A DNA stretch of 60,654 nucleotides, the filler included, from Sphingomonadaceae bacterium (GTDB taxonomy: Bacteria > Chloroflexota > UBA6077): NCBI GenBank assembly GCA_050261575.1. It is 4 parts of 4 records of this genome, joined end to end, with 100 filler letters (N's around TTAATTAATTAA, not from the genome) between each part and the next. Parts side by side here need not be neighbours in the genome. Positions count along the whole stretch, not along the records: positions 1 to 16,947 come from JBLNDL010000065.1; positions 17,048 to 33,116 come from JBLNDL010000066.1; 2 more parts are not named here. The stretch is one strand, 5' to 3'. The position numbers were made by a program, and so were the translations under genes. The notes under the pieces are model-generated. The model did no database searches and had not been told where the DNA came from. It saw nothing but the letters and a program-made list of their open reading frames with translations. How positions within the stretch are numbered: position 1 is the stretch's first letter; each line of letters starts with the position of its first letter. Positions 8,732-18,526 of this stretch are shown in pieces.

Positions 8732-10531
8732 TTATTCCGTCATGGCGAGGAACTCGTCCGCATCGGCCATCACCAGGTCGACTGCGCTCTTCCAGAAGTC
8801 GATCTTCGTCAGATCCACACCCAGGTGGAGGCTCGCCAGCTCCTCGGTGGTCATGCGTCCGGTGTCCCGGAGCAGGCCCACGTACTGGGCCTCGAACCCG
8901 GGGCCTTCCTCCAGCGCCCGGGCGTAGATCCCTGCACTGAGCAGGAAGCCCAGGGTGTAGGGGAAGTTGTAGAACGCGGTGCCCGAGCCGTAGAAGTGCC
9001 CCTTGGACGCCCAGAACTGGGGATGGTAGGTGGCCAGGCTGCCTCGGAATGCCTCTTTCTGGGCATCCACCATCATCGCGTTCAGTTCGTCGACGCCCAC
9101 GAGTCCATGCTTGCGTGCCTCGTAGAAGCGGAGCTCGAAGAGGAAGCGGGCGTGGATGTTCATGAACATGGCAGCCGCGTCCCGCAACGCCTCGTCCAGA
9201 AGCGCTAGCTTCTCCTCGCTGCTCTGGGCTTTGGCGATCGCCGCTTTGGACACGACCATCTCGGCGAAGGTGGAGGCCGTCTCAGCGGTGCAGAGCGTGA
9301 AGCCTCGGGCCATGGGCGGGAGATCCCACTGGACGTGGTTGTGGAAGGCGTGGCCGATCTCGTGGGCCAGGGTCGACACGCCGCTGGTGGTTCCGCCGAA
9401 GGTCATGAAGATGCGGCTCTGCCGGCTCAAGGGGAGGCTGGTGCAGTAGCCGCCAGGGCGCTTGCCCGGGCGGTCTTCCGCCTCGACCCAGCTCCGGTCC
9501 AGCGCCATCTGGGCGAACCCCGCCATCCTGGGGCTGAAGCGTTGGAGGTTCTCCACGACGAAGTCGCCCGCGTCGTCGTAGCTGATCCGGCGTGTCGAGG
9601 CGGTGATGGGAGCCTGTTCGTCGTACCAGTGCAGGGCTTCGGCCCCGAGCAGTCTGGCCTTTCGACGGAAGTAGGCGACGAGGCGATCCTTGGCGGCATC
9701 CACGGCGCCCCACATGGCGTCGAGGGTGGCCCGGCAGAGTCGGTTGTCCTTGAGTGCCCTGTCCAGCACCGAGTCCCAGCCGCGGCGGCGATATGTGGCC
9801 AGACGGAAGCCTGCCAGATGGTTGAGGGCGGAGGCGCACAGCTCCGAATCCGCCGCCCAAGCCTCGGTCCACCGTTGGAAGAGGGCTGCTCGGGCGGACG
9901 GGTCCGGGTGGGAGAACTTGTTGTATGCCTGGCCGACTGACAGCTTCTCCACGCGCCCATCGACCTCCCAGGGAATCGCGATGCGCCCGACCACCGTGTG
10001 GTAGAGCCGCTCCCAGGCGCGGTAGCCGTCGACGGAGAGGTCGACTATCAGGGCCTCCTGCTCCGGTGGCAGCAGCTCTCCGGCCTGGTCGCGTTGCTCC
10101 TGCAACTGGAAGGCGATTGGCAGGAAACGCTCGTCGGATAGCAGCTTGCGCCAGGCATCGTCCGAGAGAGACCGGATGCGATCCCTCAGCAGCAGATCCA
10201 CCGCCTCGTAGGATGCGATCAGCGCCTGCACGCGACCGGCCAGTAGCTTCGCTTTCGCATCGTTGACGTCCTGGGACGTGAGACAGCCGACGAAGGCCCG
10301 AGCCTCGCCCAACTCATCCTCGATTCGGTCCCTCATCACCAGGACAAGGTGCCACTTGTCCAGGGCATCCTGGGTTGCGCCGTTCCCGAGCAGTTCTACC
10401 TGCCGCCGGAGCTGTTCGGGGGCTTCCTCGAGTCCGTCCAGCAGTCTCAGCAATCCGAGGGCGTTGCTGCCACCCTCGAAGACGCTGTCAAGATCCCAGG
10501 TGAGCCGATACTTGCCTGCCAACTCCGTCAC
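8732..10531 (-). CDS. pepF: M3B oligoendopeptidase F
   Basis: WDLDSVF N-terminus; GKRPGGYC; HEIGH zinc motif; AETASTFAE; FYNFPY. Confidence 0.9.
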   Translation of the reverse strand: MTELAGKYRLTWDLDSVFEGGSNALGLLRLLDGLEEAPEQLRRQVELLGNGATQDALDKWHLVLVMRDRIEDELGEARAFVGCLTSQDVNDAKAKLLAGRVQALIASYEAVDLLLRDRIRSLSDDAWRKLLSDERFLPIAFQLQEQRDQAGELLPPEQEALIVDLSVDGYRAWERLYHTVVGRIAIPWEVDGRVEKLSVGQAYNKFSHPDPSARAALFQRWTEAWAADSELCASALNHLAGFRLATYRRRGWDSVLDRALKDNRLCRATLDAMWGAVDAAKDRLVAYFRRKARLLGAEALHWYDEQAPITASTRRISYDDAGDFVVENLQRFSPRMAGFAQMALDRSWVEAEDRPGKRPGGYCTSLPLSRQSRIFMTFGGTTSGVSTLAHEIGHAFHNHVQWDLPPMARGFTLCTAETASTFAEMVVSKAAIAKAQSSEEKLALLDEALRDAAAMFMNIHARFLFELRFYEARKHGLVGVDELNAMMVDAQKEAFRGSLATYHPQFWASKGHFYGSGTAFYNFPYTLGFLLSAGIYARALEEGPGFEAQYVGLLRDTGRMTTEELASLHLGVDLTKIDFWKSAVDLVMADADEFLAMTE

Positions 10532-10582
10532 TCCCCTGCTCCGGCTTTCCCGTATGGCTCGAGCTTTCTGCCCGCAGGCCGG

Positions 10583-11557
10583 CTACGGATTCTGTCCGAC
10601 GATCTCGACCTCTACCTCTGGGAGAAAGCCGAAGGTCTCGAAGAACCTCTCCTTCACCATCTCGATGAGACCGTACACGTCGGAGGCCCGAGCGTCGCCC
10701 AGGTTGACGATGAAGTTGTTGTGCTTGGGAGAGATCTGAGCACCTCCCAACTGGTGCCCGGACAGGCCGAATCGATCGATGATGTGGCCCATGGACACCT
10801 TTCCGTGCCAGCGGCCCTCCACCGATGGCCGGAGGTCCGGCCAAACTGCCAGGATCCTCTCCACCTCTTCCTTCCGTCCGATGTTCTTGAAGACCGACCC
10901 GCAGGTGGGGTACTCCATCGGGTGGTTACGGTGGCGGTACTCGATGTTCGAGTGGTATGTCTGGCGAGCCTGAGCCAGGTCCCGCTCGCCGGCCTTCTGG
11001 AGACGGAAGATGGCAGAGAGCACCACCAATCGCCGGTCCCGCTTGATCAGGCTATCCCGGTAAGAGAAGCGGAGATCTTGGTTGCCCAGTGTGTGGAGTT
11101 GCACGCCCGCGCCGTCGATGGTGAGGACTTCGGCCTGGTCGAGCACGTCCTTCAGTTCTCCTCCGAAGGCACCGACGTTGCCCCTGACGGCGGCGCCCAC
11201 CGTTCCAGGCAGCCCCCCCGCCCACTGGAGCCCTACGCATCCCTGCGCAAAGCCGAAGTTGATTACCGTATCCAACTCTTCCCCCGCGAACGCTTGCACC
11301 AATCCCTCGCCCATCTCCCGGATCTGTGGAGTGCCCTGCGTGGCGATACGCAGGACCGCCCCATCGAACGGACCGTCGGGAAAGAGAAGGTTGGAGCCGA
11401 GTCCGACGACCACCAGTCTGTCGATGGCGTTGGCCTGCACGAAGTGTAGAGCCTCCAGGACATCCTCCCGCTTCTGGGCCTCCAGGAGGAATCTGGCCAC
11501 CCCGCCTATCCGGTAGTACAGGATCTCCGATAGTGGGAACTGTTCGTGCTTGACCAT
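10583..11557 (-). CDS. murB: UDP-N-acetylenolpyruvoylglucosamine reductase
   Basis: GLGSNLL, GLPGTVGAAVRGNVGAFG, FSYRDS, GSVFKN, KHNNFIVN motifs. Confidence 0.93.
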   Translation of the reverse strand: MVKHEQFPLSEILYYRIGGVARFLLEAQKREDVLEALHFVQANAIDRLVVVGLGSNLLFPDGPFDGAVLRIATQGTPQIREMGEGLVQAFAGEELDTVINFGFAQGCVGLQWAGGLPGTVGAAVRGNVGAFGGELKDVLDQAEVLTIDGAGVQLHTLGNQDLRFSYRDSLIKRDRRLVVLSAIFRLQKAGERDLAQARQTYHSNIEYRHRNHPMEYPTCGSVFKNIGRKEEVERILAVWPDLRPSVEGRWHGKVSMGHIIDRFGLSGHQLGGAQISPKHNNFIVNLGDARASDVYGLIEMVKERFFETFGFLPEVEVEIVGQNP

Positions 11558-11832
11558 GCTGTATAGCCAACCCCAGGGGGAGCTGTGCCACGCCCAGGTT
11601 CGGTACTGGGCACCGGCTCGCTTCTCGTCAATGATCCATTATCGCCGCATTCTACCTCTGTCGTCCACCGTCGCGCTGGTGCGGCCGGGTTCGACCCGTT
11701 TGGCAGCGCGCGGATGCATCGGTCAGGCAGGGAGCGTGCCGAAGAAGTGCTGGTGGCCGCCGGCCAACTTGACCGGGGGTTGTCGCCGAGATACATAATG
11801 GCGATCGAGCGCGCGGCGCCGACAAGAACGGA

Positions 11833-12705
11833 TTGCGGGAGAAGATTGTGGCACATCTCACGGTCTACTTGCCCTTCAACGTGGATTGTATAGCGGGAAG
11901 CTTCGTTCCTGCAAAGCGGGGGGGGCCGGCGCCGGAGCGGTTCGGCCACTGGCTCATCGTGCAGGACCAGGGGCTGGTGGTGCCCGATGGTCCGGGCCTG
12001 GAGCTTCCCTTCGGTAATCGGCCTGAGGGCTTCGATGACAGCATCTCCGAGCCGCTTTGGCTGGGGAGTTGGCTCGGTATGCCCTGCTGGGCGGCAAGCC
12101 TCCCGCGGGATGCCAAGCTGCCCGAGGGCTTCCGGTGGGAAACGCTCGTCCCCATGCAGGGGACGCGGCTGCCCGATGAGTTGCTGTCCCTGGGGGGGAT
12201 GGCGATGCAGGCGCTCTGGTGGGAGTCCACCAGCGGCCACTGTCCGCGGTGCGGGTCCCGGACCGAGCGGATCGAGAAGGAGTGGGGGAAGCGGTGTCCG
12301 AGCTGCCACTACGAGCACTATCCACACCTCTACCCTGCGGTGATAGTGCTGGTGCACGACGGTGATCGGGTGCTGCTGGCTCGCAAGTCGGTCTGGGCTC
12401 CCGGACGCTACGCGCTGATCGCCGGGTTCGTGGATAACGGGGAGTCGCTGGAGGCGGCGGTGCGGCGCGAGGTGAAGGAGGAGGTGGGAGTGGACGTCGA
12501 CGAGATCGAGTACGTCGGCAGCCAGAACTGGCCCTTCCCGAGCCAGTTGATGGTCGGCTTCCTTGCCCGCTACAGAGGAGGAGAGATCACCATAGACCGC
12601 GAGGAATTGGAGGACGCCCGCTGGTTCCCGCGCGATGCGCTTCCGACCGGTCCCTCTCGCCACAGTATCGCGGGCTTCATCATCGAGCACTACGCCCGCC
12701 GGTAA
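11833..12705 (+). CDS. nudC: NADH pyrophosphatase / NAD-cap decapping Nudix hydrolase
   Basis: Zn ribbon CPRC..CPSC; Nudix box GFVDNGESLEAAVRREVKEEVG; SQNWPFPSQL. Confidence 0.92.
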   Translation: MREKIVAHLTVYLPFNVDCIAGSFVPAKRGGPAPERFGHWLIVQDQGLVVPDGPGLELPFGNRPEGFDDSISEPLWLGSWLGMPCWAASLPRDAKLPEGFRWETLVPMQGTRLPDELLSLGGMAMQALWWESTSGHCPRCGSRTERIEKEWGKRCPSCHYEHYPHLYPAVIVLVHDGDRVLLARKSVWAPGRYALIAGFVDNGESLEAAVRREVKEEVGVDVDEIEYVGSQNWPFPSQLMVGFLARYRGGEITIDREELEDARWFPRDALPTGPSRHSIAGFIIEHYARR

Positions 12706-12738
12706 GGGCATGTCCGACGGCTGAAATCCGGAGAAACC

Positions 12739-12778
12739 AAGGCCCTGGTCGCACCTGCGACCAGGGCCTTTCGCTTTC
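12739..12778 (+). terminator. Intrinsic terminator after nudC
   Basis: 14-bp perfect stem AAGGCCCTGGTCGC/GCGACCAGGGCCTT with a T-rich tail. Confidence 0.75.
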
Positions 12779-13206
12779 CCTCGTAAGCGGGTGGCCGTTT
12801 CCTTTGCCTTGGTGGGGGAGGCGGCAACTCCTGAGACTGCTTGTTGGGTGGGTGGTCGATGTGAGAAGATGGACAGGGCTAGGGGAGGTGGCTGGGTTCG
12901 AACCGCCGATCGAGACTGCTCAGCCAACCGGCTGGGACCCCGTGTCCGCGCCTGATCAGGCGGATGAGGCACAGCAGACCTAGCTCCAGCCCGCCAGTCT
13001 GCCATCGGCCGGGGATGCGGGCTCCGGCTTGGCGGGATGGCTGCTGGGTAGCGGTACGCTCTTGATGGCGTCAGGACTGCTCTTGCGCTGCCGGGAGACT
13101 CGATCCGTATGATCTGGCGCTTGGTCGATTCGACTGTGGTCAGGCGGGGCCTCGCGCCCCGCCATGGTGCCAGCAAGACGATGGCCCGCAATCGAGATGC
13201 AGCTCG

Positions 13207-14478
13207 ATGAACCGAGCAGCCGCGTCACCCTTCCGAAGAGATGCTGGCGGGAGAGGGTTTCGGCTGAGCGATGACCACCTTCTGACTGCGGTGGTGGGTT
13301 TGGCCCTGGTCCTGGCTGCCGGCTTCCCGCTTGTGGTCGTCGCAGCAACGTGGCCCGATACCCCCTTCCTGGTCGACTTCGTCGCCTTCTGGAGCGGTGG
13401 CATGCTACTGGGTGACGGCGCCGGAGCGTCGCTCCTGGACGCAGAGCAACAGAGAGCCGTCCAGGTGGCGCTGCGCGATCGGCTGTCGGCAACGGAGGCG
13501 ATACGGGGCGTTGACCTGCACTACCCGTTTCTCAATCCTCCACCACTCGCGCTTCTGTTCGTGCCACTGGCCGTGCTGCCGTTCCATTGGGCCTACATCG
13601 TCTGGGCGGGGATCAGCTTTGCGGGATTCGCCGTGTCCGTGGCCCTCCAACTGCGCGGAAGCTCGAGGGGGCGCGGCAAGGCCGTGGCGTTGCTGGCTTT
13701 CGGCGGAGTGTGGATCACGCTGCTGGAGGGTCAGATCAACGCGGTCTTCCTTCTCGCCTTCAGCCTCTCGCTTCTCGCCTTCCAACGGCAAAGATGTGTG
13801 ACCGGCGGTGCTCTGCTCGGAATCCTCTGGCTGAAACCTCAGTACGCCCTGCCCTTTGCCCTACTGCTGCTGCTGAAGCGTCGGTGGCGAGAGCTAACAG
13901 GAATGGCCGGCGTGGGCGCCGGCATCGGTGCGCTGTCGCTCGCGATGGTTGGTCCCGCCGGAATCGTGGAATACATCGCGCAGTTGCGGCGGATCAGCGC
14001 CTTCCGGCCACCGGTGGACGCGTTGGTGAGCCCGCACGCGATGGTCAACTGGCGTGCCATGTTGCTGAATCTCTGGCCAGACGTGCCGGACGGCGAGGGC
14101 CAAGTCCTGGTGATGCTGCTGGGCGGATCGACCATCCTCGTCGCGCTGCTCAGTTGGCGAGGTGCCTGGGAGCCGGCATCGGATAGGTTTCCTCGTCAGA
14201 TGCTGATCGTGACTCTTGCTGCCATTTTGGCTAGCCCCCACAGCCACTTCCACGGCGCGGTCCTGCTGCTGGCCCCGCTGGCTGCTCTTCTCGCACGTCC
14301 GACGGACCGAGCCATGCCCGCGAAAGGCTGGCGCACGTTGCTCGTGGGCGGCCTTATGCTCTCGGCTGCTGTCACGCCTTTCGCCTCGCTGCGATGGCTT
14401 CTAGCCCCGGTCCTGCTTGCCGGCCTCGGAATGCTGATCGCTGGACGCCCCACGACGACCCCCCATCGCATCTCCTGA
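13207..14478 (+). CDS. GT87 (DUF2029) family membrane glycosyltransferase
   Basis: DFVAFW, FLNPPPLALLFVPLA, GQ, LWLKPQ motifs; polytopic. Confidence 0.8.
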   Translation: MNRAAASPFRRDAGGRGFRLSDDHLLTAVVGLALVLAAGFPLVVVAATWPDTPFLVDFVAFWSGGMLLGDGAGASLLDAEQQRAVQVALRDRLSATEAIRGVDLHYPFLNPPPLALLFVPLAVLPFHWAYIVWAGISFAGFAVSVALQLRGSSRGRGKAVALLAFGGVWITLLEGQINAVFLLAFSLSLLAFQRQRCVTGGALLGILWLKPQYALPFALLLLLKRRWRELTGMAGVGAGIGALSLAMVGPAGIVEYIAQLRRISAFRPPVDALVSPHAMVNWRAMLLNLWPDVPDGEGQVLVMLLGGSTILVALLSWRGAWEPASDRFPRQMLIVTLAAILASPHSHFHGAVLLLAPLAALLARPTDRAMPAKGWRTLLVGGLMLSAAVTPFASLRWLLAPVLLAGLGMLIAGRPTTTPHRIS

Positions 14479-14627
14479 GCGTGGCCGCTTGGCCTCGCTC
14501 CATCTTTGTCATTCGCTGTCAGGACATCCAGAGCAGGACGTGGCAGCATTCCTGTGGCGCCCAGGCGGACAGGGCACGCGGCGAATCCGCGGCTTTTCTG
14601 CTTGGCAGTGGATCTGGAGTTCGTCAC

Positions 14628-14995
14628 ATGATCGCTGGCCGGTCGAGTGCCGCCGCCACATCCAACGGCGGCGTGCTGTCGCGGCTGCGGGATAGCCTCC
14701 GAAGGCATCGGCTCGTCTTTTTCCTCGCGCTGGTGCTCAACCTGGCAGACGCGCTATCCACTCACATCGGACTGGCCGCTGGCTTGCCGGAGGGTAATCC
14801 GGTGCCAGCGATGCTGCATGCCAACGGCAGCCAGCTCGCGATGTTTGGCGTGGGTTCGCCGTGATGGCAGCGGCAACCTTCATTGTATGCCTGCTGGATA
14901 GCCGTTATCCCAGGCTCTGGTACACCTTCTCCGTGACAAACGTCGTGCTGCTTGCCGCCGTCCTCTCCAACGCGGCACAGGTCCTCGACCGCTAG
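14628..14995 (+). pseudogene. DUF5658-like small membrane protein with a frameshift near 14853
   Basis: LNLADALST..EGNP in one frame; hydrophobic continuation FAVMAAATFIVCLL..RLWY..VLSNAAQVLDR* in another frame. Confidence 0.6.
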
Positions 14996-15107
14996 TGCAG
15001 GTCGGCCACTTGCCGGCATCGACCTCTCACAACACTACGCTTCCGAAGCAATCCACAGCCTCGCGTCTCGCCCGTCCTACAGACGTCGCAATTGCAGAAC
15101 GACGCAC

Positions 15108-16280
15108 TCAGTGCGTCCGCACCGACATCCTTTCGAGAGACATGCCTACCGTGTTCTGGCGCTGCGCCGGCCCAAAATGGCGGACAACGCCTACCAGGAG
15201 GAGAAGCAGGGCCAAGGTATAGACGAAGCCAAACCCTGGCCATGCCTGTGTTAATACGGCAACGGGGCGGCCGGGCAAGAGCAGCAGGGCGGCAGACAAC
15301 CAGAAGAGGGCGGGCCAGCGCCTGACGAAGAAAGCTGGCAAGGTCCAGACCAGAGTTCCGAGCCAGCCAGTCGGTCCAACGAGGATCACAGCGACGATGG
15401 CCGCACTGCTTATGGCCATCGGATCGGGGTGGTAACTCCACGCCCAGAGCGCAAGGGCGGCGAGTAGCAAGACGCTGATACCAATTCCCAGCCAGGGCAG
15501 GTCGAGACGGCTGGTTGCCGCGAAGAGCGAGGCATTCAGGGGATGATCCAGAGTTGTCTTGCGGGCGGCGGCCTCCAGCCATTGGGAATAGACATTCGGC
15601 CCATAGAGGACGAGCGGTAGGCTGCCGAGGAACAGAGCGCTCATCAGAGATGAGAGCGCGGCACGCTTGTGATCGGCCAGAAACAGCAGAGCCGGCCAAA
15701 TGGCGAACTGTGGTTTGAGGGCGATGAGAATGCCCATCGACAGACCGGCGAGCACGTCGTGATTCCGTGCAAGCAGCGAGCGGATGAGAACCACTACAGC
15801 CAGCATGGCAATGTATATCTGCCCCATCAACAAGCCAAACCAGAAACCTACGAGGCCGGCGGCAAGGGCCAGATGTCGCGGGGTAAGGTATTGCTGATGC
15901 ATGCGGATCAAGGCAGTGACGGAGCCCGCATACAACAATACCGATATCAGTAGCCAGGCATCGAAGGCAGCGAAAGGCTCGACTTGGGCGAGGGGTGCCA
16001 GGAGAACGAGGCTAAAGGGTGCATTGAGATTGACGGCGTCCGGGTCGAAGTAGCTCGCGATGTTGGATATGAGGCTGGAGTCGAAGGCGTAGGGATCTCT
16101 GCCTTGATCCAGAGCGCGAGCGGCAAGCACGAATGTCCCGAAGTCGGAAAGGTAGTTGTGACGAGCCTGATGGGACACCAGGCCAAAGACGATAGCGAAA
16201 GCACAGAGGGCATAGAGGAATCCGGAAGCCGCGATGGTGAGGGGAAAGGCGGCCACAGCGGGGCGCAGGCGCCTGTTCAT
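15108..16280 (-). CDS. GT87 (DUF2029) family membrane glycosyltransferase (start uncertain)
   Basis: DFGTF..A, GRDPY, NLNAPFSLVLLAPLA, GQ, ALKPQ motifs. Confidence 0.78.
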   Translation of the reverse strand: MNRRLRPAVAAFPLTIAASGFLYALCAFAIVFGLVSHQARHNYLSDFGTFVLAARALDQGRDPYAFDSSLISNIASYFDPDAVNLNAPFSLVLLAPLAQVEPFAAFDAWLLISVLLYAGSVTALIRMHQQYLTPRHLALAAGLVGFWFGLLMGQIYIAMLAVVVLIRSLLARNHDVLAGLSMGILIALKPQFAIWPALLFLADHKRAALSSLMSALFLGSLPLVLYGPNVYSQWLEAAARKTTLDHPLNASLFAATSRLDLPWLGIGISVLLLAALALWAWSYHPDPMAISSAAIVAVILVGPTGWLGTLVWTLPAFFVRRWPALFWLSAALLLLPGRPVAVLTQAWPGFGFVYTLALLLLLVGVVRHFGPAQRQNTVGMSLERMSVRTH

Positions 16281-16381
16281 CTCGCGCGTTGACCTTGCTT
16301 CTGATGGATCGGCTTTCAGGAGGGCAGAGTCGGGATCACGGTCGCTGGATCGCTGGCTTCCTGTGGATCGATGGCTTCCTA

Positions 16382-16591
16382 TCATAGCACGTCCCGCCGT
16401 AGAAAGATCTGCTCCACCTCGCCTTCGTAGACCTTCTCCCACTCGTCCTGGCTCGCCAGCAGGATGGCGATGGGCGAGTCCTTCTCGACTAGTGCGATGG
16501 TCACCTCGTGCTTGTCGAGCACCTCTCGCCACCTGGGGGTGATCCTGGACACTTGGGCGTATTCCTCTACCGCGACAGTGGGTGTACCCAT
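16382..16591 (-). pseudogene. Orphan C-terminal fragment of a membrane (GT-C-associated) protein
   Basis: W.EVLDK.EVTIALVEKDSPIAILL....WEKVYEG...IFLRR tail; no room for the N-terminal body before the tRNA terminator. Confidence 0.5.
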
Positions 16592-16620
16592 TCGTCGTGG
16601 GTACAATCGCCGGGGGAGGG

Positions 16621-16659
16621 GAAAAAGAAACGGTCCTGGTTGCAAATACAACCAGGACC
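16621..16659 (-). terminator. Intrinsic terminator after tRNA-Asp
   Basis: GGTCCTGGTTG/CAACCAGGACC stem followed by TTTCTTTTT on the minus strand. Confidence 0.8.
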
Positions 16660-16666
16660 AGCGCCT

Positions 16667-16743
16667 TGGCGGGCTCGAGGGGATTCGAACCCCCGGTCTC
16701 CAGCGTGACAGGCTGGCATGTTAGGCCGCTACACCACGAGCCC
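16667..16743 (-). tRNA. tRNA-Asp(GTC)
   Basis: GGGCTCG acceptor stem, CCAGC-CTGTCAC-GCTGG anticodon arm, GGTTCGAATC T-loop, encoded CCA. Confidence 0.97.
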
Positions 16744-16760
16744 CCGTCGGGAACAAGGAG

Positions 16761-16789
16761 ATTCTAACATAGCCCCACGGGCTGTGCAA
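16761..16789 (-). promoter_or_regulatory. sigma70 promoter of tRNA-Asp
   Basis: TTGCAC-N17-TAGAAT. Confidence 0.75.
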
Positions 16790-16807
16790 GGGCCGGCAGG
16801 CAGCCCT

Positions 16808-16947
16808 AATCCGTGGATTGACGCTTGGGGCATCACCTGATGGGTGAATGGGAAGGGATGGGCCTGGGTGGCGGGAGAGGACAAGTGGCCATCTTCCGGG
16901 TAGACTGTGGGCCTCGGGAGGTGGAGATGGCAAGGCGGAAGATACTA
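16808..16947 (+). mobile_element. Left end of a multicopy IS (possibly IS21 family) at the contig end
   Basis: 16808-16923 is identical to 49869-49984; GGAGG RBS then ATG at 16927 (MARRKIL...). Confidence 0.7.
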
Positions 16948-17047
16948 NNNNNNNNNNNNNNNNNNNNNNNNNNNNNNNNNNNNNNNNNNNNTTAATTAAT
17001 TAANNNNNNNNNNNNNNNNNNNNNNNNNNNNNNNNNNNNNNNNNNNN
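16948..17047. other. Artificial contig spacer
   Basis: N44-TTAATTAATTAA-N44 (six-frame stop linker). Confidence 0.99.
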
Positions 17048-17413
17048 GTGGGGTTGGGGGCCATTGTTCTTGCCCCGCTACCCCCTCCGCCACCCCGCGC
17101 GACCGCAACTCTGCCCCTCACCACGATGGATCCACATTGTAGCTTACCCGTGCTATCTTCTACTTACCAGTCTCTTTTCTTTATGCCTATTTCCCATTGA
17201 AGCTGTTTACTCTACCGTCCCTTCTGGTATAATGAGCGCCGCGTAGCCTGCTTCTTCAGCCAACACCCCGACGGCTACGCCGATCCTTACCCTAGATCCA
17301 GCTTCATCTTCACAAGCCAGCCGGACTTCAGGCCATGGCCTGCCACCTGGCCATACTGCGCCTATGCGCCGGTCGGCGCGGGATTCCAACAAACCGTCAG
17401 GAGGTATCCACCT

Positions 17414-18346
17414 GTGCGAAGGCACATCATTCGGGAGAAGACTCTGGCTCACGTGATGACGGCCCTTGGAGTCCTTTTCCTGGGCTTCGCCCTGGCCTCC
17501 AGCCCCCTCGGGCGTACCCCGCAGCAGATCTCATCGGACCACACCATCGCTGCCGCCGCCCCTGAGGTGGAGTCCACCGCCCTCGACAGCCCCAGTACCG
17601 GCCGGCCAAGCACCGTCGCCGACACCGTGCGGTCACGGGGCGCCCGCAGTGGCAAGATCCACTCCACGGAGGCCGGTCCCACGGCCGGGCCGACCGCCAC
17701 GGTACCGGCTACCGCCACCGCCACCGCCACGGCGACACCAGCACCCACCCCCGCTGCGGTTGCAGGCCCCAAGCTGCGAGTTGGGATCCAATCTGGCCAC
17801 TGGAAGGCCAACGAACTCCCAGCAGAGCTCGCCTCCCTCCGAACGGCCACCGGTGCTGCAGGCAACGGATGGAGTGAGGCCGAGATAAACCTGGACCTCT
17901 CCAGGCGGGTAGTCGCTCTACTCGAGAAGGAGAACCTGATAGTAGACCTAATCCCGGCCACCGTGCCCGTGCAGTACAAGGCCGACGCTTTCGTCTCCAT
18001 TCATGGGGACGCTAACTCGAGCCCCGTGCCGTCGGGGTACAAGCTGGCCCGCGCCACCAGAAGCAGCATCCCGGCCAAGGACGACGCCCTTCTCCACGCC
18101 ATCTCCACTGAGTACGGCCCCGCGACCAAGCTGCCCTACCACGCAAGCACTATCACGGTCAACATGACCGCTTACTACGCCTTCGCCAACAGCGGTATCC
18201 AGCACTCCGTGGCACCAACGACCCCTTCGGTCATCCTGGAGACGGGCTTCCTCACGAATCCCAACGATCGAAAGCTGCTGGTCGAACAGGCGGACCTGGT
18301 AGCTGGGGCCATCGCCAGGGGCATTCTGAGCTTCCTAAGCAGATAA
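17414..18346 (+). CDS. N-acetylmuramoyl-L-alanine amidase (Amidase_3) with TM anchor and Pro/Thr/Ala linker
   Basis: QSGH, E..IN, FVSIHGD, PSVILETGFLTN motifs. Confidence 0.85.
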   Translation: MRRHIIREKTLAHVMTALGVLFLGFALASSPLGRTPQQISSDHTIAAAAPEVESTALDSPSTGRPSTVADTVRSRGARSGKIHSTEAGPTAGPTATVPATATATATATPAPTPAAVAGPKLRVGIQSGHWKANELPAELASLRTATGAAGNGWSEAEINLDLSRRVVALLEKENLIVDLIPATVPVQYKADAFVSIHGDANSSPVPSGYKLARATRSSIPAKDDALLHAISTEYGPATKLPYHASTITVNMTAYYAFANSGIQHSVAPTTPSVILETGFLTNPNDRKLLVEQADLVAGAIARGILSFLSR

Positions 18347-18439
18347 GCCTCGGCTCGTGCACCGGACACTCGACACTGCCCACCCGAGGCAGGGGCAGGA
18401 ACGATTGAGGAGGCCTGCGGGGGCCGATTGGACACGAAA

Positions 18440-18504
18440 CACAAAGACACGAAGGACACGAAGATGTGATCTTATCGCCTCTTCGTGTCCTTCGTGTCTT
18501 TGTG
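18440..18504. repeat. 25-bp perfect inverted repeat built of GACACGAAG units; REP-like element or bidirectional terminator
   Basis: 18440-18464 is the exact reverse complement of 18480-18504; lies between convergent genes. Confidence 0.8.
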
Positions 18505-18526
18505 CCCTATTGGTCTAGCCCTGGCG

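Noticed and set aside
12884..12912. GGTTCGAACCGCCGATC resembling the antisense tRNA-Asp T-arm (possible att remnant)
   Set aside because: Match is short and imperfect, with no cloverleaf and no integrase nearby.
16346..16381. 18-bp tandem duplication TGGATCG(C/A)TGGCTTCCT
   Set aside because: Only two units at a fragment junction; no function can be supported.
16948..17047. TTAATTAATTAA flanked by N runs (also at 33117 and 49985)
   Set aside because: Artificial contig linker; ORFs crossing it and gene adjacency across it are not biological.
17234..17413. Long amidase leader with a GCGTAGCC/GGCTACGC stem, possible c-di-AMP riboswitch
   Set aside because: Lacks the ydaO consensus blocks; one stem is not enough in GC-rich DNA.
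17680..17760. GCCACC tandem repeats
   Set aside because: They simply encode the Ala/Thr/Pro linker of the amidase.
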